From positions 124,001 to 188,000 of the forward strand of contig JAPMXV010000026.1 in NCBI GenBank assembly GCA_026936335.1: a stretch of 64,000 nucleotides of DNA, written 5' to 3'. Position 1 is the stretch's first letter, and each line of letters starts with the position of its first letter. The notes beneath the pieces were generated by a model. That model saw only the letters and a list, made by a program, of their open reading frames with translations. It was not told where the DNA came from and made no database searches. Shown in pieces: positions 40,101 through 49,228 of this stretch. The stretch comes from Mantamonas sphyraenae STR306 (Eukaryota; Protista; CRuMs). A program made the translations under genes and the position numbers.

Positions 40101-43100
40101 TGTTTTCATGCCTGCAAAGATGTTGCCTTGGCTGTCGATGGCCACCGCGCCGTAGTAGTCGTGTTCCGTCGTGCCTGTTTGGATGCGCAGTTCCTTCCCT
40201 GCCGCACGACAGCCTGTGCTCGGCGACCCCTGACACAGCCACTGTGTGCGCATGCCCGCCTCGTACGCTTGGTATGGAAGCACGTGCGATGGCATGTCTG
40301 TGGCAAGACTGTGCTCCTCCCGATCCACCTCTCCTTCGGCCACCACCTGCTTGGCGTCCCTGTGCCACGACACACCCGTCCACATGCGTTCTCCCACACG
40401 TGGTGGCGTTTGCAAACTCATGGCCAACTGTGTCAGGTAGTCTGTCGTCTGCACCGTGGACGTGGGTGCCAGGATGCCTCCCTGGGCTTCACACGCTGCC
40501 TTTGCCTCGTGCCACGACAGCGGCGTCGACGAGCGATGCACACGCACCGTCGATCGCGATTGCGACTGTTTGAAGCTGTCGGGCATGACCAGTCCCTCCG
40601 TGGTCAGCTTCACATGTGTGGGGATGGTTTGCGGGCGCTGGGTGGCGCGTGTGTTGGCACATGCCGTGGCCATATGGGCACTGCGTGCACCCACGCCTCC
40701 TGCGCCTGATTGATCGCCACCATTCACAGACACACCTGCCCTCAAGTTGTACTCCGTCGGGGCGAACTCCTGTCCGTTGCCCACAAAGTAGACGATGCCA
40801 GCACCTCCAGACCCTCCGCATGTCGTTGTGCCACACAGTCCCTGTGTGCCCCTACACTTGTACGCCCCTGTTCCAGTGACACGATTCTCCACAGCCACCA
40901 CCACCAAGCCTCCGCCTCGTCCTCCGTCGCCTGCCTCACCCGAGCCTGCCCCACTGCCTGATCCTCCTCCTCCTCCCAATCCAGGCACATCCCCTGCACT
41001 GTACAACCATCCACCCTGCGCCGCTTTGCTCACGGGTTGACTCCCGCTTCCGCCGACGCCGCCTCCGCCGCCTCCGCTGCGTGCAGGGTAGCCCAATGCC
41101 CCGCCTCCTCCGACGCCGATGGCCTGTGAGGTGGGCACCGTGCTGTATCCGTACTGTCCTTCGCCAGGAAGACCGTGGCCTGTGTCTGCGGGTGCCTTTC
41201 CGCCCCGAAACCCTGCGCCTTCCGCGTTCAAGGCAGTGCCTGCTTCCAGATGCAGGTTTGCCGCACGCACAGCCAGAATGCCACCCACAGTGCCATTCCA
41301 GGCCTGCGGGATGAGCTGGGTGCCGTTTGTGAGATTGAGTGTGTTGTACACTGCCACACGCACCAGCTGCGAGCCGAGGGAGGTGTAGAAGGAGCCAGCA
41401 GGACGATCCAGGGTCAGTGTGCGTTGGTCTGCAGACACAGCAAGCACCCTGGCCATGACCATGGTGGGTGCAGTGGGGGTGTGTTGTGCCGCAGCTGTGC
41501 CCAGGTCCCTGCGCTGTGTGGCATGCAGGAGGACATAGTCCCGTGTGGTAAAGGCACTCGCGGGAGCATCGGTCAACCGCACGGTTGTGTCGTCCGCATC
41601 CACGTCGTGTGCAAGGGCAAAGTATTCGTTGACGACGTGAGTGCCTGAGGAGAACACCTTGACGGCGTACTGGTCATAGTCGCATGCAAAGGGGCTGACG
41701 TAGCGGAGGGTGCGAAAGGAGGCAGCGACTGCGGAGGATCCCACGTGGATGCCTGCCACTCTCACGTGCACATTCTGCACGTCGAGATGCGAGGCGGCAT
41801 TCATGGGACATTCCACCGTGTGTGTGTCCACAAACCATCCGGTAACAGCAGTGGTGGTCGCCGATGCCCCCGTGTCGAGCTCACACGACACGTTGAGGGG
41901 ACGACGACACACGGGCACGGCAACTTGGTTGTAGAGTGCGCCTGACCACTGCGGTGGGCTGGCAAACGAGCGTCGGGATGGTTGGAATGTGCTTGTCTCC
42001 TTGCCGTCGGGCGACGGCGACGCCTGGAAGTTGGCGTACGTGGTGGGTGAGCCGTCATTGTTGACCCAGTAGTGCATGTGTCCCATGGCATTCTGCGGTC
42101 CAAACACCACGCCTGTCTGTTGAGCCACCGACGACACAAAGTCACCCTCCAAGCGGCTGTGGATGGATGCCAGCACAGCCCCGTTGGCTTCGCAGTATGC
42201 ATGTGCACCGTCCAACTTCATGGCCGACAACGAGGCACTGCTGTTGCTGAAGCCCGTGCGAAAGAAGCAATCACGCCAGTTGCAACCCCAGTAGGCGTGG
42301 GTGGCCAAATTGAGGCCGCTCAGACGCAAACGCAAGGCAGTGACCCCAATCGCAGCCGCGGTGTCCTCCATCTGCACGTCAGTGCATGCCGACTGACCCA
42401 TGACTGAGATCGACCCACTTCCTCCGTTGCCTCCCTGTGCCTGCGCAGTCTGTGCACCCACACCTCCGTCCAGCAGAGCGTACGAGGGCAACGTCGCGGG
42501 GGACTCGATCACATCTCCCTGGATAAACACGGAGCCTCCACCTCCACCTCCGCCTGGTCCAAAGGCAGAGGTGTCATTGGGCATGGCTCCAGCCATACCA
42601 CGCACGTCCACCTTTGCGTTGGGTCCCATGATGATCTTGTCTGCCAGAATCATCACCAGTCCGCCGCCTCGCCCTCCTGCCCCACTGTAGCCATCCTTGC
42701 TCCCTCCAAACGCACCCGATCCTCCTCCACCGCCCCAGTGCACTCGAAACGGGTTGTAGTTACCCTGGGGTGCCTGTGCCACGGAGTTGGGTGCTGCCTC
42801 ACTCTCACCCCCACAGTGGCATCCAGACGTGAACCTCCACCTCCGCCTCCAGAAAAGGCCCCAGTCACATCATCGCCTGCTCCTCCCCCCGATTGACCAG
42901 GCTGGTATGTCGCCGAGTCCAGTACAGCACATTCTGGTCCATATTCGGGTACGCCCACTGTGGGGCTCCCAGGGGACTATTCATCGAGCGATCTCCCTCG
43001 CCTTGGTACCCCTTGCGTGACACGGATGAGCTTGTGCCAACCACAGCCGGGCCTCCTCGGAAGCCCTTGCCCTCTGCGGACAGGACGCCGTTCCAGTTGA

Positions 43101-44071
43101 ACGTGCGAACGTGCAGCAGGATGTTTCCACCTCGCGTCCCATCCCTGCCATGCGTACAACGTGTCAGTGAGATGGCCAAGCATGTGTATGGAGGTGGACA
43201 TGTGAATGCCGTCACGTGCAATGTCGTCCCTACCATGCCAAGGCCTCGTAGCGGCCGTCGAGATTGAAAGTTCCGACGCGCTCGAATTTGTGTGCTCGAC
43301 ACCTGCCCGTGCTATCCGTAATGCAGGTGAATGGCACTCCGTGGTCAACCTCAAACCATGAGGGTGTCCTGGCCACCACTTTGCGGATGGCCCAGGCATT
43401 GTGGTCCTGTGTGGGACACGGCAGAGAGAGGAAACGCAGAACGTGTGTGAGCAACTTGCATCAAATGCTTCCACAGGCGAGAAACACACAGAGGAGGACA
43501 CGGCGTGTGGATGGAAAAGGGGAACGTGGCGTGTGGAGACATTTGCAGAGCATGCAGTGTTGTGTGGTGGTCATTGTGTGGTGTGGAAAGCTGTGAGGAG
43601 CCGGGCACAGGGACAATTGGAGAACACGCACAAACGTCACCGCCGACTCCACGGTCCGTGGATCCGCTGTTTGGAATTGTTGCAGGAGCACATAGTCGCC
43701 CACGATGAACTGGTGGTTGCCCACACTTGTGATGCGAATCTGCTGCGGGTGGAACGTTTCCACGTCCACGCTGTACTCAAACGCAGTCTCGTTGCCTGCG
43801 ACATTTTTGGTGTTTGTCTTGAAATCGTCACACGGCAGCACCACAAACTTGCCACCGTTCTCGCCTGGGGCGTGGTGTGAGGCAAAGCCGCAGTGGTGAG
43901 TGTGAGTTATGCAAGCAGCAACTTGCGGTGTGATCCGGGAACATGCTCTCTCCTCTCTCTCCCCGCGAGCTGCCACGTACCTAGATTTGTCACGGCTGCA
44001 TGACACACCATACATGTGGTGGCCATGAGCAATGTAACTGTCCACAGTATCCTGTGTCGACGTTGCAGCAT
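10167..44071 (-). CDS. Giant (~11,160 aa) multidomain cell-surface, multi-pass membrane protein; exons 44071-43981, 43864-43632, 43406-43234, 43144-10167; two 1-nt frameshifts in G runs near 42885-42890 and 42808-42812
   Basis: Exon 1 encodes a signal peptide ([25 protein letters not shown]). Three GT-AG introns have consistent phases (1, 0, 2). The ORF 10167-42782 (10,871 aa) is uninterrupted and has coherent repeated domains. Confidence 0.9.
13080..19100 (-). repeat. About 18 invasin/bacterial-Ig-like repeats (~111 aa) within the giant CDS
   Basis: Recurrent G.P.RL...V..xDAGGN...G.A.F..L.L..P..G.Y.L motif. Confidence 0.75.
20250..25990 (-). repeat. About 11 filamin-type Ig repeats within the giant CDS, with inserted domains
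   Basis: Recurrent (A/R)RD.xGN ... AG.Y.....L.G.HI.GSP motifs. Confidence 0.8.
28065..40200 (-). repeat. Eight tandem ~505-aa protein units (SBBP-like beta-propeller + CxxC Ig/cadherin-like linker) within the giant CDS
   Basis: Each unit ends in a terminal Cys (xGC in seven, SRC in one), at about 38673, 37149, 35631, 34119, 32616, 31092, 29571 and 28065 (spacing 1503-1524 nt). Blades read D..GN.YV.G.T......G..D.F..K....G...W. Confidence 0.88.
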
Positions 44072-44120
44072 TGTGTTACGTTGGCTCGACCAACGGAACG
44101 AGAACTTTCCCCACGAAACG

Positions 44121-45436
44121 ATGCTTCGATCTTCCTGCTTTCTGGCCATGGTGCTTCTGATTGGCACATGCGCAGCCTATTCATGCACGCCGTACATCAA
44201 CGGCAGGTCCTTCGACTTTTCCTCGATCGAGAACAGAACGTACACCGGGTACATGAACGGCTCCGTCATCTATGTTGCCCCGTGCGGTGTGGCGTCCTCC
44301 CAATCTGGGCGCTGGAAGTCATCGGAATCCTTCCAGGTTTGTAGGTTGCGTGGGAGGCAGGGAGGCTGCGTTTGCCGCAGGGGATGGTCGAAAAAAGGGG
44401 GGTTTCCGGTACACGCAAAACGGCGTGCTGCACTGCATGGAGGGGTCATGAATGTGCTTGACAGGTGTTTTCCAATGTGCGATGTGATTTCGGTGTGCTC
44501 TGCATTATTGCTGTACAGTTTATGTCGCCAACCGGCGAGCTGGGCGTTGTGTTGTGTTCCGAGCTCGTCGCATTTGGGAATTTTGTGAACACCGCTTTTT
44601 TTCTGCAGGCCAATGGGACATTTGAGGCCATCGTGTGCGACGCAGAAATATGAGATGCACTGCATGTATGAGTTTGCAATGCATGCATGGAGTTGTGTGT
44701 GATTGGGTGTGGTTGGGAAGCACGATGTGGCGGTGCAGAAAAAGGAGAAAGCGCATCGCTGACAATCCCGTTTGCACGCAGTCCCCAACGGTGGTGTTTC
44801 TGTGGTGGGCATGCCCAACGTGCAAACATGGAGCACCTCTGGTCCCAACGTGCAGGTGACGTACGGCGGTGGCGATCTGTGCCTGAACAACCCTCGCCAG
44901 ATCACGTTGAACATCTCCTGCGATGTCAACACGCAGGGAGCTTTGGATACGCTTGAAGCCAGCTCCAGCGATCCGTGCCACTATCTGGCACAGTTCCGCA
45001 CCAACGCACTGTGCCAGAGTGGCTGTGGCATCAACGTCAACGGCCGCTTCAAGGACTTTTCGGCCCTGCAGAACATCACCATTTGAAGCAAACGACGCAG
45101 ACAACAACCTGTACGAGTTTGCAGTGTGCAGCGATGCAGAGGATCACGAAAAGACGTGCTCAAAGTCTGGATCTGCATTCCAGGTCACCAACAACGGATT
45201 CTGCAAACTGCTCGGCATCCCGCAGTACTCTTTACTGGTCCACTGGCGCGTCTCCCAAGGCTGTTGCCAGCCTGAAGTACAGCGGTGGTGATTCATGCGG
45301 AACCACGGGCAGCACCTTCACCATCAACTTCATGTGCGACCGAACAACCAAGGGTCAGCCACATGGTCTGGTCTTTGAGAACCCTGCTGGCAGCTGTCAG
45401 TACTTCCTCGACTTTGGCACGATGTACGCCTGCTGA
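44121..45436 (+). pseudogene. Secreted protein with two mannose-6-phosphate-receptor-homology (MRH) domains; frame broken three times (pseudogene or assembly errors)
   Basis: Signal peptide MLRSSCFLAMVLLIGTCAA. Motifs FDFSS...YVAPCG, TYGGGDLC...RQITLNISC...DPCHY...RTNALC and KYSGGDSC...TINFMC...GSCQYFLDFGTMYAC. Intron 44337-44781; frame breaks near 44782, 45080 and 45231. Confidence 0.7.
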
Positions 45437-45509
45437 TAAGGTGTGCATGTGTCCACGTGTGCCTGTGTGCGCGTTTTTGTTGTCGATTCATGAATCAATG
45501 GAATTCGCC

Positions 45510-47432
45510 TCATAGCCCCTCCATGATCACAAGTGTCCCGTCCAAGCTCTGGACACGCATCGTGTTGTCCGTGAGCGGTTTGCGTGGGAACCCGCCTGCG
45601 TCGATGAGGCGTGCCGAAAAGGCAACCGTGGCGGACTGGTTGTGCTCCGCCACCAGCCACGCACGCATGTCCTGCACTGTGTGACTTGCATTCAGACACG
45701 CCTCCACTTGCGTACCATCACACAAGCGCACCTGCATGCTGACAGTCGGTTCAGATGGATCCACAGAGGGTCCCACCACCACCACCTCCTCCTCCTCTTC
45801 TCTCTTGACCTGCACTTGCCCAACAACGTCCTTCCCGGCATCCTCCTGCTCTTCCCCCTTCATACTGTACCCTGTGCCTACAAAGCCACCCTCGGTGCTC
45901 GCCTGCTTGACGGCGTTTGTCTTTGCCACCCGTCTTGGCCCAAACAACCCTGAGCCCAGCTTGCCCAGCACAGGCGCTCCACGCCCTTCCTTGACACCTT
46001 TGGCTTTGTCCATCTCCTGCGTTACCATGCGCAGCGAGAGCACCGACATGGTCAGCTTGATCTGCGCCTCGGCCACCCCCTGTGCACGCAGTTTGTCTTC
46101 CAGTTTTCGTGGACCCAGCTCCAGAAACATGTCCATCAGCTGGTCCGATGCTTCCTCTGCACTCATTTCCTCATCCCGTGGCAATGCCTTTCCCGGTTGC
46201 TTCTTGGTGCCCGCCTTGCCCAGATCGGACAAGGACATGACCCCCTTGTTGTGGCCCTGTCCACTCCTTGACACAGTGCGTCCACTTGCAAACGTGCCCC
46301 TTCCAGTAGAGGACACCAGTTTGGGGACTTTGTCGTCCTCCTCCACCTCTTCCACCTCCTCCACCTTTGCCTTCTTGGGTGAGGCTGACTTTTTGCGCCG
46401 CCCGGATGTCGTTGTGGTCGTTGTGGTTGCACTTGTGCTGGCGTATGGATTCCAGGCGTTGCTTGTGCTGTGAGCTGCCTTGAGGACACGCTTGCCAGTC
46501 CTGGCCTCCTCCTGCTCCACGTACGCGTCGATCTGGTTGCGCACAGAGTTGACCAACCGTGTGTCATCCAAGGAGGACGCGTTGAGATTGTGCTTCGCCA
46601 CAAACGCTTCGGCCACCTCCAGTAGGTTGTCTTCTGCGTTGAATCCCAGCGTGCGTGTGGTTCCACTGTCCAGGGTGATGCTGACCGTGTGTTCAAACGC
46701 GCTGTGCCTCTCCGTCTTCTTCTTCTCCTCCTCCTCCTGTGGCTCTCCCAATGCCACTGTGCTCACCAGTTGTACCGTTTGCTGTGTGTTGTCCTCCCTT
46801 CCACCATTGTCGTCGTCTGCATTTGCCTCGCTCATGCGTTCAATGGTCGCCAGGAGTTCTTTCAGCTCGTCCTTCTCAGCCTCGCTTGCATCCTTGCCCT
46901 TGGCCTTGATCTCCAATGCCCTCAACAGACTCTTCATGTACACAGCCACCTCTTTGTCGCTCATGCGATCGACAGCGGCCTGGCGAGCAGCCACACGTCT
47001 GGCCATCGGACTGTCCTGCTCGGTTTGCTTGGCCATCATGGCCTGCATGGCCTTCATGGTACGTTCCATGGCTTGTTGCTGTTTGATGCGTGCCATCATG
47101 TCCAGCATGGCTGTCATCTGCTCAATGGCAGCCTGTTCTCGTTGCTGCCGACGCTGCTCCTCTGCTTGCTGGTGCACAGCCAACATGCCCAGCATCTCCA
47201 TCATCATGGAATCCCCCATGCCCAAGCCCATTCCCAAGGTTGTGCCTGTTTGGGATGGCCACCAGGATTCGTCTCTGGGAAAAGGTGTGTGGTCCTCGCT
47301 CGTGTTCTCCACCTCCTTCTCCCATTCCGGTTGTTCCAGCTTTGCCTTTCCCTTCCGCTTGCGTTCCTGTGCACGCTTTGCTTCTTCCTCCGCCGTCCGT
47401 TCCTCCTCAGAGCTTTCCCTGTCCTCGCTCAT
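45510..47432 (-). CDS. p97/Cdc48 cofactor with PFU-like domain, SHP box and C-terminal UBX domain
   Basis: VDPSEPTVSMQVRLCDG...NASHTVQDM...GGFPRKPL (p47-type UBX with FPR loop); GGFVGTGYSM (SHP box); ITLDSGTTRTLGFNAEDNLLEVAEAFVAKHNL (PFU-like). Start codon uncertain. Confidence 0.8.
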   Translation of the reverse strand: MSEDRESSEEERTAEEEAKRAQERKRKGKAKLEQPEWEKEVENTSEDHTPFPRDESWWPSQTGTTLGMGLGMGDSMMMEMLGMLAVHQQAEEQRRQQREQAAIEQMTAMLDMMARIKQQQAMERTMKAMQAMMAKQTEQDSPMARRVAARQAAVDRMSDKEVAVYMKSLLRALEIKAKGKDASEAEKDELKELLATIERMSEANADDDNGGREDNTQQTVQLVSTVALGEPQEEEEKKKTERHSAFEHTVSITLDSGTTRTLGFNAEDNLLEVAEAFVAKHNLNASSLDDTRLVNSVRNQIDAYVEQEEARTGKRVLKAAHSTSNAWNPYASTSATTTTTTTSGRRKKSASPKKAKVEEVEEVEEDDKVPKLVSSTGRGTFASGRTVSRSGQGHNKGVMSLSDLGKAGTKKQPGKALPRDEEMSAEEASDQLMDMFLELGPRKLEDKLRAQGVAEAQIKLTMSVLSLRMVTQEMDKAKGVKEGRGAPVLGKLGSGLFGPRRVAKTNAVKQASTEGGFVGTGYSMKGEEQEDAGKDVVGQVQVKREEEEEVVVVGPSVDPSEPTVSMQVRLCDGTQVEACLNASHTVQDMRAWLVAEHNQSATVAFSARLIDAGGFPRKPLTDNTMRVQSLDGTLVIMEGL

Positions 47433-48245
47433 GTGCTTCCCTGCCGATCCCGGGAATTCCACACACACATCCACGCGTTTCACGTGCCCGTGTCAGCCTC
47501 TTCTTTGCTCTACGTGCGCACTCGTGTGTGTATGCTTCCATTTCTCTGCAATGCAACCGTGGAAAACATTGCAGTACACACCGACACCGTCGCCTCACTC
47601 ACGTTTTTGCCAGGGGGTGTGTTCATGTGTCCCGGAATGGGCATCCTCAGCCAACCCATGCAGTCACATTTCCTCCGCATAAGGTTTAGGGCACAGGAAG
47701 ATCATCCATCTGTTCTGGAGACAATGGTGATGGCATGGACCAACCCCTGCCATGCCAAGGAAAAATCCAGGTACGACCTTCTTCCCCCTGCACACAGCGA
47801 GCACCCCATTCCACACATGATGGCACCACACACGGCCCACATATCATATCGCAACCCCACTGTGTGTTCTACACTGGCGTGTGATCACTGGCATGTGTGT
47901 GGGGCGTGTACGCGTGGGCAAGCGGCCACCTGTCCACAAAGGCGGATCCCTCTTGGGCTTCCGGAGGCGCAGGCTCCGTCGGGGAGGGAGCCGTGGAGGG
48001 CGCAGGAGGCATGGCAAACGCCAGGCGAGGGTGACAGTACATGGACAGGGCAAAGGCATGCCCTGTGGTAGGCGTGTGTAGAGACAGGAATGTGAGTGGG
48101 GACTGACACGTCGGCTGGCATGTTGCACAGGTGCATTTTGCTCTCTGCTGGCGGGACACACACACACACACAGAAAACGGACCCGAGCAAGAGTAGACAG
48201 AGGGAGCAAACCAGTACAGAGACACATCAGACAAAGATAGAGCAC

Positions 48246-48266
48246 AGAGAGAGAGAGAGAGAGAGA
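48246..48266. repeat. (GA)n microsatellite immediately before a start codon
   Basis: Directly visible. Confidence 0.9.
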
Positions 48267-49187
48267 ATGTCGAACAATCTGTTTGGACTTTTGGACAACG
48301 ACGGGGCGGATGAACCGGTGGCGGTGGTGAACACGGATGAATCGCTGGCCGGGGGCGTACTCGTAGCAGGCGGGACAAGGAAAGGACGCCGGGGAGGAGA
48401 GGAGGAAGACAGCGACACATCGCAACACACGGGACGAGGAGGAGGGTTGGATAGGTTGCGACGAGGAGGTGGAAGCCAGGGCGGAAGCGGGAACGGGTTG
48501 GCAAACGCAAGCACCAACGACACACGACGATACGTAGCACGCGGGGGAGGCATGGGAGGCAGCTACGATAGAGGAGCAGGGTTGGCATCGAACATGGGCG
48601 GACGTACAAGTGGCAATCGAGGTGCAGGAGCAAGTGCAGGCGGTGCAGGGACCACGGGAGGGCAGCGAGGAGGCGGAGGCGGGGGACGGCGGGGCGGCGG
48701 TGGAGACGCACGGTTTGACGCACGTCGCTCACCATACAACAATGGCAACACGAATGGCAACCAACGACGACGCAACAACAACAACAACAACAACAACGGA
48801 GGCAATGGTGGGAATGGAAGTGGGAACAACACAGGCGGCGGGTGGCGCTCGGGAGCAGGAGGCAGCAACAACGGCAGCGGTGGTGGAAGCAACTCACTGT
48901 TCAGCGCAGAGGATCTGCAGACACCAGTGGAGGTGGAATACCCTCGCAAGGGGCCACGGATGTACACCATGGCACAGCTGCTGTACATTGGGGAGCACAT
49001 GGAAGAGACGCCTGTGCCGAGCGAGGAGGAGCAGGCACGCAGTGACGTGTTGGGAGACACCCTGCAGGCACCATACTGGAGCACCGTGGACACCAATCCC
49101 ATTCTCAAGGTGTACCGGGACACTGGCAGTGTCAACTCGAATCTGGGAGCACGGGGAAGGGGACGCGGACGACGGATGAACGCACGC

Positions 49188-49228
<41 letters not shown>

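Noticed and set aside
28065-40200. CRISPR array, transposon or bacterial contamination as the source of the periodic, bacterial-like region
   Set aside because: The repeats are diverged protein-level units inside a spliced eukaryotic gene; no identical DNA repeats, transposase or terminal repeats were seen.
45070-45240. Programmed +1 frameshifting (ATT TGA; TCT TTA C) or TGA recoding
   Set aside because: No shared slippery motif among the breaks, which cluster locally. TGA is the ordinary stop in most genes here, and 32 kb of ORF has no such site. Error or decay is simpler.
47683-47692. Telomere-like GGTTTAGGG
   Set aside because: Single copy, expected by chance.
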